Shown here in pieces: positions 20,962 to 31,019 of a stretch of DNA of 64,000 nt. Position numbers and translations under genes: made by a program. The number at the start of each line of letters is the position of its first letter. Positions within the stretch are counted from its first letter, which is position 1. The stretch is from positions 2,066-66,065 of the forward strand of contig CALLML010000048.1 in NCBI GenBank assembly GCA_938005705.1. Direction: 5' to 3'. A model generated the notes under the pieces. It was not told the DNA's origin. It searched no databases and saw nothing but the letters and a program-made list of their open reading frames with translations. The DNA comes from an uncultured bacterium. GTDB taxonomy: Bacteria; Verrucomicrobiota; Kiritimatiellia; PWTM01.

Positions 20962-23499
20962 TCAAGACACGGTCAGTTCCGCCGCTGGCAAACCGGCGCT
21001 CGGAATTTGAATCGTGCGGATCGGTTTCGATGAGCATGGACTCCGATCCGACGAAGGCGAGGCTTCCCGTGCGCCCTCCAGGATTGCGAGGGCATTTTCC
21101 CACCGACTCGCGCGGGCTTTGGCGAGTGCGCGTTCCCGCAAATAGGCGCGCAAGGCAGCATCATCCCGCAATTGACGCATGGCCGCGGCGAAGCCGGCGA
21201 CGGAAGCATCGGTCACGATGCCCGAACCGTGCGTGCCCACGATTTCCGGCGGGCCACCGCGATTTGCGACGATCGCCGGCAGACCGGAGGCGTGGGCCTC
21301 CAGCACGACATTGCCGAAGGTGTCAGTCAGGCTAGGGAACACGAACACGTCCGCGCTCGCATAGGCCGCCGCCAGCGCGTCTCCGTGTAACGCGCCAGTG
21401 AAAGCGATGTCCGATCGCCGATACGCCTGGCGCAAATCGGGCAGTGCCGGGCCGTCGCCAACGATGAGGAGATTGGTGCGGGCGTCGCCGTGTTCTCCGG
21501 TCAATCGAAGGTACGCCTCGAGCAGGGTACGGACGTTTTTTTCTTCCGAGACACGCCCGACATAGAGGAACTTCAGCTCGCCGTGGAGTCCCCACCGCGC
21601 CCAAAAATCCGGGTTGCGGCGGTCCGGCCGAAAACGCCGCGTGTCGATGCCGCGGGGCAGGACGGCCAGTCGGGACCGGTCGAATCCGGCATGCGCCAAT
21701 TGTTCGAGATAGAAGCGGCTGGGGGCATACACCGCCTCCATGTTGCCGTAGAACCAACGCATGTACCGCCAGCCCAATTCCTCCATAATATCGTCATCCG
21801 TCCATTGCTTGATATATCGGGGAAAATCGGTGTGATAGAGCCCGCGCACGTGCAACCCCAACAGACGAGCCGCGAGCCGGCCGGCCAGGCCCACGGGACC
21901 CGGCGTCGAGAGAATCAACTCATCGAACTGCTGCTCCTCAATCCAGGCGATCATCTCGAGCACCGGCGGTACAGTGAGCGTCTGGTCCTTGTATTCAGGA
22001 AACACAAACGTGCCGACCGGCTCGAAGTTCTTCAGCGGGAACGAGGCCTTCGCGGTCTCCGGGCGGCAGGTAACCACCGTAATGGGCCGGCCCCGTTCTG
22101 CCGCCAGCCCGGCCAGCGTGCGGATGGTGTGCGCCACCCCGTTGATGTCATCGAAGGTGTCGGTCAGCCACGCGCGTTTTGGTCCGGCGGGCCGGGGTTC
22201 ACGCGCCGAGGGCCAGCGTGCTTCCACCCGTCTCAACAGCGCCACGTCCTTGTGTTGCGCGGCGAAGGCCGTGACGTAGGGGGCCACGCCCAGCAAAATC
22301 GGTCCCAGGGCCGATAACGACTGAATGGCCTCGACGATTCGTCCGGATCGGATGTGCGCAACCGTCTGTTGTGCGAACGTGAGCGTGAGTTGATGCGCAA
22401 TACGGCAGGCCGCCTCAAACCGCTGCCGCTCGGCGTCGGGCGGAGGCGCCGGATGGTGGCCTTCCGCCTCCGTTTGGCGGCGCCGCTCCACCAGCGCGGT
22501 AAATTCATCCAGGATGGCCCGTTCGATATCGTTGAGGCGACGCCGCCGGAAATGGCGCACGACCTTTTCGATCGGGCGCGTCACCGCCGAACCGACCGCC
22601 GAGCGCCGGCCTCGCGAGGAGGACTTTTCAGGATGTGCGCCGGAGAGACGCCGAAGAATCGCGCCGATGATGGAAGGGTCCGAGCGCCCGCCGCGCAGAA
22701 ACCGGCTGTGATAGTAGCTGTAGGCGATGTGATAGAGGCTGTGTGCCAGCCGCAGGCTCGACCCGTCGCGGCCGCCCGGCTCATGGCACCCTTCGCGCAA
22801 ATGTGAAAGGAACTCGTGAACTGATTCCGCACGGGGCGTCACGGTATGCGCGCCACAGGCGTAAAGCCCGCTGTGATCGTCGCTACCGCCGGTAAGCCGC
22901 TTGATCCACGGCTTGGGGCCGGCCGGCGCAATGCCGTGACGGTCCGCCAGAGCCGCGAGGTCCTCCAGCGTCAGCGCACGGAAGATCGCATTGGCCAGAC
23001 GACACGCCCGGGGATCGCGCGAGCCGTTGATGCCTTCGAACCGATTGAACATCAACAGCAGCTTTTCAAAGTGCTCGATTGTCAGTTTGTCATTCACCCG
23101 AAACAGCGGATGGGCGATAGCATGAGCAATGTTTTCGCGCAGGAGCAGGTTGCGCAAATCGTAAATGTTTTCGCGCGCGCGCTGCAGAGCGTCGAATTGC
23201 GCCTCCGTCACGCCCCAGACGAGGCAATGTATCTTGCACCCGTCCTCGGGAAAGTAGGTCGTCAGCTCGCTAGACAGGAACACGCCCGGCAGATCGGCGA
23301 TTTCCAACGCACCGCTCAGGCTGTTGTGGTCGGTGATGGTGACAAAATCCATGCCGCGCTCCCGGCACACGCCGTAGAGCTCGCGCGGTTCAACGAAGCT
23401 TTCGGGCGCGCCGATCCGACGCAGAAACCACTCGCTCGGGCGATCCGAGTGTTTGCTGTGAACATGCAAATCCGCGCGCGACACACGCTCCGCAATCAT
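20962..23499 (-). CDS. PHP-domain phosphoesterase fused to GT4 (GT-B) glycosyltransferase
   Basis: PHP motifs DLHVHS, ITDHNS, AHP, GGSDDH. GT4 motifs YHTDFP, YVGRVSEEKN, DVFVFPSLTDTFGNVVLEA. Confidence 0.88.
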   Translation of the reverse strand: MIAERVSRADLHVHSKHSDRPSEWFLRRIGAPESFVEPRELYGVCRERGMDFVTITDHNSLSGALEIADLPGVFLSSELTTYFPEDGCKIHCLVWGVTEAQFDALQRARENIYDLRNLLLRENIAHAIAHPLFRVNDKLTIEHFEKLLLMFNRFEGINGSRDPRACRLANAIFRALTLEDLAALADRHGIAPAGPKPWIKRLTGGSDDHSGLYACGAHTVTPRAESVHEFLSHLREGCHEPGGRDGSSLRLAHSLYHIAYSYYHSRFLRGGRSDPSIIGAILRRLSGAHPEKSSSRGRRSAVGSAVTRPIEKVVRHFRRRRLNDIERAILDEFTALVERRRQTEAEGHHPAPPPDAERQRFEAACRIAHQLTLTFAQQTVAHIRSGRIVEAIQSLSALGPILLGVAPYVTAFAAQHKDVALLRRVEARWPSAREPRPAGPKRAWLTDTFDDINGVAHTIRTLAGLAAERGRPITVVTCRPETAKASFPLKNFEPVGTFVFPEYKDQTLTVPPVLEMIAWIEEQQFDELILSTPGPVGLAGRLAARLLGLHVRGLYHTDFPRYIKQWTDDDIMEELGWRYMRWFYGNMEAVYAPSRFYLEQLAHAGFDRSRLAVLPRGIDTRRFRPDRRNPDFWARWGLHGELKFLYVGRVSEEKNVRTLLEAYLRLTGEHGDARTNLLIVGDGPALPDLRQAYRRSDIAFTGALHGDALAAAYASADVFVFPSLTDTFGNVVLEAHASGLPAIVANRGGPPEIVGTHGSGIVTDASVAGFAAAMRQLRDDAALRAYLRERALAKARASRWENALAILEGAREASPSSDRSPCSSKPIRTIQIPSAGLPAAELTVS

Positions 23500-23659
23500 C
23501 CTACGCCTCCTGCCTTCCGATCGGGCTTGTTCACTCGCAGGGTCAATATGCCGCCGCGGCTTTAGAATCCGGTGAGCCGTCGGTTAGAAATGCGTGCGGG
23601 AAATGAAAGGGGGGGCGCATTATTCGGAGGCGGTCGCCTTCGCCGCGCACTCCGGCGCG

Positions 23660-25384
23660 TCATCGAAACAGGGTCTCGATGCCCATGGCCTGCTTTTCGG
23701 CGAAATCCGGAATATTCTCGCGACGAAAACGGCGCAACAACGGATAGAGCCAGGACAGAAATCGGACCGTGACGATACGGTCGAACAGCCGATATCCTCG
23801 TTGATCACGAACGAACACCCACAGCAGGCGCCGCAGTCTTTCGCGAGTCAGGCGGATTTGCCGGAAGTTCAGCACGACGTGATATGCCGTCCGGTGTCGT
23901 CGTCGGTAGCGCCGAGCCAGCGCCCGCAGGCGCTGCGCTGTCTCCTCGCGGAACGAGCGAAAATAATACTCCCGGGCCGCGGCGAGGATTTCGAAGGTGT
24001 CGTATTGAAAATGGAGATCGTCTATGGGCAGTCCCAGCGCGGGCGCCATCTCGATCATTTCGCGAATCTTCTCCAGCGCGGACCGTCCCTCCCGAATCGC
24101 CGCCTCACCGTCGGAAACAAAACACCGCAGAATATTCCGCATGGAGGCGTTGATGATGATGTGATCCCAGTACACCCACAACAGCGGTGGAATGCGCAGG
24201 CGGCGGAAGAAAAGCTTTTTGGAAGAGAACTCACGCAAATACAGCAATTCACGGATAACCTCCTCGGAAAGCCGCAGAAAACGCGTCAACCGCACCGGAT
24301 CGGCTTCAGGCAGGCGCTCGCGCGCGAAGTCGGCGATGGCCTCCTCCGTCGTCATGCCGTCGCGCAGAATGCGCATGGCTACGTGGACGTTCAGCTCCGT
24401 CCAGATCGAACGATCGTCGAGAAACGTCAATCGGCGGAACGGGCCCCATCCGCCCGTTTGGCACCAGATCGAGGCGCCGACAACCACATTCGGACGGTCG
24501 CGGAGCTGAAGCGCATAGTTTTCGCAGTCCCAGCCGATGAACGCCGGATATTCGCCGAACCCTTCGTATTCGCGCCGCGCCTGAAGCTCGATGATCTTTC
24601 GATGGGTCGTGCGGAAAAATTGCTTATTCAGCGGCAGAAAGCGAAAGAAATCCGACTCCCCGTGTTTGAGTGAGATGATCAGCGCCGGACTTTCGATGCC
24701 GTCGAAGGTGCGACGGAACGTCTTCCGATTCCACATCAGGTCGCCGATGCGATAAGCCCCAACACTCCAGGTACGAAAGATGAGAGTGCGGCGATGACGC
24801 TCAAACACCGGAAGCAGGGCGTGCAGCAAACGGCGGGCATGAGTTGGACGCCGAATGATGATCTCGCTGAGAAAATCGCCTTCGACATCCACCCCGTCCG
24901 CCTCGCCGATGCGGGTGATGATGCCGGACAGCTCCGGAAAGTCCCGGAACAATTGGTCGCAGGCGCCAGCGAGATAATCGCTGACGGCGCCGACGCGCCG
25001 TCGGGTTTTCCGGCGAATGACCTCGTTGAAATACATGACGTCCGTGGTCAGAAACACGCCCAGCCCCTTGCCGGAGGCGATGCCGAAAAGGCTGGAATAC
25101 AGGGCGCGGTAGTCACCGATCGTCCGGCGGAGCGGGTCGGGGTAATCGGCGTCGTCCGCCAGATGGGCAACGTCATCGAGCGTCACCCCCGTGAAGCCGA
25201 GCCGGGCCGCCGCATCCGTGACGCGCTCGAAATCCGTGCGGATCTGCGCGGCGCGCTCCGGCAGGATACGGCCGTTTGTCTCGATTGCGCGGAAAGGTAT
25301 TTTCGACCAGTTAATGCGCCGTGAGCGGTCAGCCCGGAAAAACGGCCCGATCGCATCGAGTAAAAAGAGTCGGTTGTCATTCAC
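23660..25384 (-). CDS. Uncharacterised protein, possible glycoside hydrolase-like TIM barrel
   Basis: 574-aa ORF (GTG start) with IITRIGEADG, IFRTW, KHGESDFFR, IIELQARREYEGFG blocks reminiscent of uronidase-like barrels. Lies upstream of the PHP-GT4 gene on the same strand. Confidence 0.65.
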   Translation of the reverse strand: MNDNRLFLLDAIGPFFRADRSRRINWSKIPFRAIETNGRILPERAAQIRTDFERVTDAAARLGFTGVTLDDVAHLADDADYPDPLRRTIGDYRALYSSLFGIASGKGLGVFLTTDVMYFNEVIRRKTRRRVGAVSDYLAGACDQLFRDFPELSGIITRIGEADGVDVEGDFLSEIIIRRPTHARRLLHALLPVFERHRRTLIFRTWSVGAYRIGDLMWNRKTFRRTFDGIESPALIISLKHGESDFFRFLPLNKQFFRTTHRKIIELQARREYEGFGEYPAFIGWDCENYALQLRDRPNVVVGASIWCQTGGWGPFRRLTFLDDRSIWTELNVHVAMRILRDGMTTEEAIADFARERLPEADPVRLTRFLRLSEEVIRELLYLREFSSKKLFFRRLRIPPLLWVYWDHIIINASMRNILRCFVSDGEAAIREGRSALEKIREMIEMAPALGLPIDDLHFQYDTFEILAAAREYYFRSFREETAQRLRALARRYRRRHRTAYHVVLNFRQIRLTRERLRRLLWVFVRDQRGYRLFDRIVTVRFLSWLYPLLRRFRRENIPDFAEKQAMGIETLFR

Positions 25385-25395
25385 GATTTCCGGAC

Positions 25396-25550
25396 ACTAA
25401 ACAACTGCCTTCGGGAGCGAAAGCGAATTCAGAGGCACTGAACGTCGGCGCAACGAAAGGATGGGGCGCGCACCGCCGGCGCTGATGCGATTCCGGGGGG
25501 CCATGGGGAGAACCTAATTGCCCGCGAGGGCGATCGGGTTCTCGTTTAGT
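25396..25550 (+). other. Multi-hairpin palindromic element (candidate ncRNA or MITE)
   Basis: Closed by ACTAAAC/GTTTAGT. Contains TGCCT/AGGCA, CGTCGGCG/CGCCGGCG and GAGAACCTAATTGCCC-GCGA-GGGCGATCGGGTTCTC. UUCG and GNRA loops read on the + strand. Confidence 0.45.
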
Positions 25551-25830
25551 AGCCGCCACCGCCCGCTGAATCCGCCGCAGAGGCGCAGAGATCGCAGTAA
25601 AGATTGGAACGGATGAGGACACGGGGTGCAATCCCCGCATCCCCATCCGATCCATTCCGTCGCGGGCCATTGGAGTGTTGGGTTCCACCCCGACTGCTGG
25701 AGGGTGCGGTCCCACCCGCACCGGGAGATCGGGATGGCGCGGATGGCCGGTCGGGCCGACATCCCGATAGATTGGATGGCATGACACGGCCCATAGAAGA
25801 AGCCAGGCGGCGATTTCCGGCGCGGCGGTC

Positions 25831-26970
25831 TCATTCCGGGCCTGAAGAGAGAATCTCACCGGCGCCGAGGACGACCTCGCCATCGTACAAAACCGCGATC
25901 TGGCCAGGCGTGATGGCCATTTGAGGGACGTCGAACTGCACGTCGAGTTCCGCCCCTTCGTTCACCGCTTGAATGACGCACGACGCCGCGACATGGCGAT
26001 AGCGAATCTGGCATTGGGCCGCACAAGGTGAGCTGGGCGGCCGCGCGGCGGCAATCCAGTTTTCGGCCCTCATTTTCATCCGACGACGATAGAGCTCCTC
26101 GCGCCGACCCACGATCACCCGGTTGTGTTCGACGTCGAGGGCGATGACATAGAGCGGTTCGCCGGCGCCCCCGATGCCCAGGCCCTTGCGCTGGCCGATG
26201 GTGTAGCGGGGCAGACCCTCGTGGCGTCCGAGACGCCGTCCCGCACCGTCCACAATGTCGCCGGGCCGGCAATCGTCTTTTTCGAACAGTACATCGTAGT
26301 CGTCGGCCTCGATGAAATCCTGGCTCTCTTCGCCGTCGGCGAGATCTGCAAAGCCGGCCTCTCGCGCGAGGGCGCGCACCTCCGATTTGAGCAGAGTACC
26401 CAACGGTAGTATCAGGGAGGCGAGTTGTTCCTGATCCAACAGGGCGAGAAAATAACTTTGGTCTTTCGTCACGTCCCTGCCGCGGAGCAGCCAGTGGCGG
26501 CCCGTGGCGGGGTCCTCGCGCCGCCGTGCGTAGTGGCCCGTGGCGAAGAAATCGAAGTCGAAACCCTCGGCGCGCGCGCGTTCCGGCAGCAGGCGACACT
26601 TGATGGCACGATTGCAGCGTGCGCATGGATTCGGCGTTCGGCCGGTGAGATACTCGCGGCGGAAATAGTCCAGCACGTCGCGCCGATATTCCGGCGCCAA
26701 GCGGATGACCCGATGCGGAATACCCATCCGCTCGGCCGCGCGCCGCGCCGCCGCGATTTCCCGCGCCTCGCCGGGACCAAAGCAGCCGCTGAGGCCGCGA
26801 TCGGGCAGCGGTATGGATTCGTCCCAGATGGACATGGTCAGCCCGAGCACCTCGCAGCCGCGTCGTTTCAGCAGCCAGGCGGCCATCGTGGAATCCACGC
26901 CGCCACTCATCCCCACCGCCACTCGCGCGCCGGGCGACGGCAAAATGTTTTCCATGGGCTGTTCGTTCAT
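25831..26970 (-). CDS. mnmA: tRNA 2-thiouridine(34) synthase
   Basis: GMSGGVDS PP-loop, TPNPCARCN, ATGHY, KDQSYFL, YTIGQRKGLG, AITPGQ. Confidence 0.95.
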   Translation of the reverse strand: MNEQPMENILPSPGARVAVGMSGGVDSTMAAWLLKRRGCEVLGLTMSIWDESIPLPDRGLSGCFGPGEAREIAAARRAAERMGIPHRVIRLAPEYRRDVLDYFRREYLTGRTPNPCARCNRAIKCRLLPERARAEGFDFDFFATGHYARRREDPATGRHWLLRGRDVTKDQSYFLALLDQEQLASLILPLGTLLKSEVRALAREAGFADLADGEESQDFIEADDYDVLFEKDDCRPGDIVDGAGRRLGRHEGLPRYTIGQRKGLGIGGAGEPLYVIALDVEHNRVIVGRREELYRRRMKMRAENWIAAARPPSSPCAAQCQIRYRHVAASCVIQAVNEGAELDVQFDVPQMAITPGQIAVLYDGEVVLGAGEILSSGPE

Positions 26971-27029
26971 CTAGGATGCTTCACATATCGAAATGGTTTG
27001 CCGGAAAATCGGCTTCAGACGCGGCTTCA

Positions 27030-28394
27030 TCAAGCATCTATCTCGTCCTCGTTCACCGTCTCCGCCTCTTCGGATGCGTTCTCCGGCAGCTGAAGAATCG
27101 CCTGAGCCTCCGCTTCCGAAAGGGTTTCGACACCCTCTAGTTTGCGGAACATCTGCCGATTGCGCACGGCGGTTTTGCCGAGCGTGGCGCGGACCGTATC
27201 CACCTGTTTGCGGGCGCGTTCAAGCACCTCGCCGAACTTGAGAAACTCCGTCTTCACGGCTGATAGGATTCGCCACACCTCGCTGGAGCGCTTCTCGATG
27301 GCGAGCGTTCGGAATCCCATGCGCAGACTGTTGAGCAGGGCGGCGAAGGTCGTGGGTCCCGTCACCAACACACGCTGCTCGCGTTGGAGCTGTTCGTGAA
27401 AACCGGGGCGGCGCAGGACCTCGGCGTACAGGCCCTCGGTGGGCAGAAACAAGATAGCGAAATCAGTGGAGTAGGGCGGGAAAATGTACTTTTCCCGAAT
27501 GTCCTGTGCGGCCTTGCGCACTTGCCGGGCGAGGTCGTCCGAGGCCTTGCGCACGGCCTCGGCATCACCGGCCTGAGAAGCCTCGACCAGGCGATCATAA
27601 TCCTCGTGCGGGAATTTCGAATCCACCGGCAACCACACGGGCGTGTCGCCGTCGCCGGCGCGGCCGGGCAAGCGGATGGCGAATTCGACGACCTCCCGGC
27701 TGTCGGGCTTGATAGCCACGTTCGCTGCGTACTGGTCGGGCGTGAGGATTTGCTCCAGTATCTCCGCCAGCCGCACTTCGCCCCACGTCCCGCGCGTCTT
27801 GACATTCGTCAACGTGCGTTTCAGATCGCCGACGCCATCGGCGAGCTGTTTCATCTCCCCGAGGCCCTTCTGCACGGCCTCGAGCCGTTCGCTGACCAGG
27901 CGGAATGATTCGCCCAGCCGCTTCTCCAGCGTGGACTGCAGCTTCTCGTCCACGATGCGGCGCATCTCGTCGAGCTTGCGTTCGCTGCCCTCCTGGATCT
28001 GCCGCAGGCGCGCCTCGACGCGATCGCGGAGCTTGTCTGCCTCCTCGCGCTGAGTTCGGAGAAGATCCTCGATATTCTTGCGGATAGACGTCTCCAGGTC
28101 GCGCAGCGAGGAGGAAACGGAATCCAGCCGCGTCTGTTGTGTTTGTCCGAGCTGGGTCAGCGCGTGGACCAGCGAATCCTGGGCGTCCTTCTGCTGGCGG
28201 GCGACCTCTTCCCGCAGACGGGTCGCCTCCGCCGAGGCTTCCAAGCGACCCTGCCGCAATTCGTCACGCATCGTCGTTTCAAGTCTTGCGCCCCAATCGC
28301 GGCCGATGCGGCGCATTGAAGCGAGCAGCATTGCCGCGACAAGCACCAACCCGGCGGCGAGCGCCCCGACGGCCAACCAAAGTGCGAAAGTCAT
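27030..28394 (-). CDS. rmuC: DNA recombination protein RmuC
   Basis: N-terminal TM, coiled coil, KTRGTWGE, LPVDSKFP, FAILFLPTEGLYAE. Start at MTFALWL; the upstream extension is repeat DNA. Confidence 0.93.
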   Translation of the reverse strand: MTFALWLAVGALAAGLVLVAAMLLASMRRIGRDWGARLETTMRDELRQGRLEASAEATRLREEVARQQKDAQDSLVHALTQLGQTQQTRLDSVSSSLRDLETSIRKNIEDLLRTQREEADKLRDRVEARLRQIQEGSERKLDEMRRIVDEKLQSTLEKRLGESFRLVSERLEAVQKGLGEMKQLADGVGDLKRTLTNVKTRGTWGEVRLAEILEQILTPDQYAANVAIKPDSREVVEFAIRLPGRAGDGDTPVWLPVDSKFPHEDYDRLVEASQAGDAEAVRKASDDLARQVRKAAQDIREKYIFPPYSTDFAILFLPTEGLYAEVLRRPGFHEQLQREQRVLVTGPTTFAALLNSLRMGFRTLAIEKRSSEVWRILSAVKTEFLKFGEVLERARKQVDTVRATLGKTAVRNRQMFRKLEGVETLSEAEAQAILQLPENASEEAETVNEDEIDA

Positions 28395-28485
28395 TGCCTG
28401 TTTCTCCAGCGCCGGTCGGGCCGGCGGCCCTATCATTGCCCGCAGCTCCGCGGCGGGCAAGAACGAGAATTCGAAAAAGTGACTT

Positions 28486-28660
28486 TTCGAAACCCGGAAA
28501 GCTTGCGAAGATGGAAGCGGCAAGCCTTGGAAGATCGCACGCATTCGTTTTCCATGGTCTGGAAGTACCGGTGGGCAAAACTTCCAAGCCTTGGAAACGG
28601 AAACAGCCGGGGCTTCCAAGCCTTGGAAAAAAGAGGCGCCACGGTTTCCAAGCCTTGGAA
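28486..28660. repeat. Repeat family B array: 15-bp palindrome TTCCAAGCCTTGGAA at exact 32-bp period
   Basis: Units start at 28486 (very degenerate), 28518 (degenerate), 28550 (TTCCATGGTCTGGAA), 28582, 28614 and 28646 (last three perfect). The 17-bp spacers are all different. Confidence 0.9.
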
Positions 28661-28697
28661 ACGGACAGCCACGATGTTGGGACGCAGTGACCGTGGG

Positions 28698-31019
28698 ATG
28701 AGAATGCGGGTTTATCCGCGAAGGCGCATTGCTTCCTTTGCGGCCGCGATACTGGTATGGGCCGCCGGCATACCGGCGGGCGCATGGGAACGGACCCCGC
28801 TTTCGTTTGCGCTGCGTCCCGACCCTGACGACGGCGCGCAGGAAGCCCTCGACCTGAGCGTCACGCTGCCGGGGCAGGTGACGGCCTATCTGATCGCGCC
28901 GTCGGATCAGTGGCGCACGTTCCAGGCCCTAGAGTTCCACATCGCCTGGCCGGCGGACGCGCCGGCGGACGCACAGGTATTGGTGCACATGATGGACTGG
29001 GACTATAACTGGTTCCAGTGGCTTGCACCGACGCGGCCCCATCCGGGGGAAACCACGCGTTTTGTGGTGGACCTTTCACCGGGGAGCTCGGGCTGGAAGC
29101 CGGTGGGGCATTTCGGTGCCTGGCAGTTTCGGGCGCTGATGGCGCCACGTGAATTTGCCGTTCGCGTTTTCGGCGCGCGGGAGGGCGCCGCCACGTTTCG
29201 CATTGAACGAGCGGCCGGTATTGTGCGCCCGCCGGACACACAACCGCCTCGCGTCCGCAATATCCGTTCGAATGCCTCGCGTGTGCCCGTATTCGGCAAG
29301 TTCGAGCTGAAATTCGATTTGCCGGATCGTTATGCGTGTCCGTTTGACCCCGAGGAGATCGCTGTGCGCGCGACCTTTCTCCGTCCTGACGGCACGGAGG
29401 AGGCCGTGGACGGATTCTTTGCGCAGGATTATATACGGCAACTCACGCCTGTGGGGGAGCGGTATCTTCCATCTGGTCCGCCCTATTGGGCGGTGCGGTA
29501 TGCCCCGCGTATGGCCGGCGTTCACCGCTATCGTCTGACGGTTCGCGACGCCCGTGGCGAAACGACCTGGGGCCCTGGCGAGTTCGAGGCGCGCGCGTCG
29601 CGGCGGCCGGGGTTTGTCCGGGTTGCGTCGCGCGATCCTCGCCATCTCGAATTTGACGACGGATCTTTTTTCTATCCGCTGGGGCACAACATCCGTTCGC
29701 CCTTTGATACGCGGCATGACCGAGAGTTTCCCTGGCAGCAGCGCTTTCCCGAAGGGCCGGCGGCGTATGAGCGGCATTTTCGCCTGCTGAAGGCGCATCG
29801 GGCCAATTTCGTCGAGATTTGGTTTGCCGCCTGGTCGCTCGGGCTCGAGTGGCGGGAAGGATGGGAAGGCTATCACGGCATTGGCCAGTACAATCTCATG
29901 CACGCCTGGCAGATGGATCGTGTGGTGGAGGAGGCGGAACGGCACGGCATCTATTTGAATCTCGTGATTCACAACCACGGCAAATACAGTGATTGGGTGG
30001 ACCCGGAATGGAAGGACAATCCCTTCAACGTCGAGTTGGGGGGCTATCTCGAGACGCCGGACGAATTCTTCACGGATCCACGCGCTCGAAAAGACTTCAT
30101 CCGGCTCATGCGTTATAAAATCGCACGATGGGGCTATAGCTCGAGCGTGCTGGCGTGGGAGCTGTGGAGCGAACTCGACCTGGCCGGCTCACGCAATCGT
30201 CAGCCGCGTCCGCACAAACGTCCCGAAGTGATCGAATGGCATCAGGCCATGGGGCGCGTCATCCGGGAGATGGACATCTATCGGCACCTCATTTCCACTC
30301 ACGTCTGCGGCGACTACACCCATCAAAACCCGGACCTCATTTCTATTCCCGAATTGGATGTGGCGGCGATTGACGCCTATCACGGCAATCCGGATCCTCT
30401 GTTCATTGTGGATTTGTTGAAGCGCAGCGCCGAATACAACAATCAGTTTGCCAAGCCGGTGCTGGTGACGGAGTTCGGCGGATCCGCGCGAGCGCAGCAG
30501 GGGGTGCGGCACGTGGCCGATGCCTTTTTCGCCGCGCAGTGGGCCTCCACGGCGATTCCGCTGGGCGGCGGCCCCTTGTTCTGGTGGTGGCATCTGGTCG
30601 AGGAAGAAAATTATTTTCCCGTTTATGCGGCGGTATCCCGATTTCTCGAAGGCGAGGATCGGCGCGATTCAGAACTCGTTCAGGTCGGTGCCGAAATTCG
30701 ACGCGGTTCGGCGCCGATAGATGACCCGGCGGCGGTCGTACTAGCCGGCCCTGCGCGCGCCTTGGGGTGGATATATCGGAATTCAGAATTCAGTATGATT
30801 GATCCCGATGGGCCGCCGACCTGCGAGGATGTTGAGATGAGATTGTCCGGTTTTCGCGCCGGAGCCTACGAAGTGGAATTCTGGAACACCCGCGTCGGGC
30901 GCAAGTTTTCGACCGCGTCGGTGAAAAGCGATGGGGGCGTACTCGCCATCCGACTGCCGCCCTTTGCCCGCGATATCGCTTTCAAAATCCGTCCGGCAGG
31001 CGATCGCGGAGAATATTAG
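28698..31019 (+). CDS. Secreted DUF5060 / GH5-like (clan GH-A) glycoside hydrolase
   Basis: Signal peptide (…AAGIPAGA), Ig-like PFDPEEI..VDGFF..VRYAP..G, barrel with AWELWSE (acid/base-like) and PVLVTEFGG (nucleophile-like), C-terminal YEVEFWNTRVG..LPPFARDIAFKI. Confidence 0.75.
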   Translation: MRMRVYPRRRIASFAAAILVWAAGIPAGAWERTPLSFALRPDPDDGAQEALDLSVTLPGQVTAYLIAPSDQWRTFQALEFHIAWPADAPADAQVLVHMMDWDYNWFQWLAPTRPHPGETTRFVVDLSPGSSGWKPVGHFGAWQFRALMAPREFAVRVFGAREGAATFRIERAAGIVRPPDTQPPRVRNIRSNASRVPVFGKFELKFDLPDRYACPFDPEEIAVRATFLRPDGTEEAVDGFFAQDYIRQLTPVGERYLPSGPPYWAVRYAPRMAGVHRYRLTVRDARGETTWGPGEFEARASRRPGFVRVASRDPRHLEFDDGSFFYPLGHNIRSPFDTRHDREFPWQQRFPEGPAAYERHFRLLKAHRANFVEIWFAAWSLGLEWREGWEGYHGIGQYNLMHAWQMDRVVEEAERHGIYLNLVIHNHGKYSDWVDPEWKDNPFNVELGGYLETPDEFFTDPRARKDFIRLMRYKIARWGYSSSVLAWELWSELDLAGSRNRQPRPHKRPEVIEWHQAMGRVIREMDIYRHLISTHVCGDYTHQNPDLISIPELDVAAIDAYHGNPDPLFIVDLLKRSAEYNNQFAKPVLVTEFGGSARAQQGVRHVADAFFAAQWASTAIPLGGGPLFWWWHLVEEENYFPVYAAVSRFLEGEDRRDSELVQVGAEIRRGSAPIDDPAAVVLAGPARALGWIYRNSEFSMIDPDGPPTCEDVEMRLSGFRAGAYEVEFWNTRVGRKFSTASVKSDGGVLAIRLPPFARDIAFKIRPAGDRGEY

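Noticed and set aside
25450-25490. c-di-GMP-I riboswitch resemblance (CGAAAG..TGGGGCGC)
   Set aside because: Lacks the GCAAA motifs and the P3 tetraloop receptor, and is in the wrong orientation for the adjacent genes.
28486-28660. CRISPR array call for the repeat-spacer pattern
   Set aside because: 15-bp repeats and 17-bp spacers are below CRISPR sizes, there is no leader or cas gene, and the same motif is dispersed elsewhere in the window.
28395-28697. N-terminal extensions of the rmuC (to 28619) and GH5-like (from 28479) ORFs
   Set aside because: They are translations of family-B repeats (SKAWK/FQGLE/PSLG). Better starts precede the TM or signal sequences.
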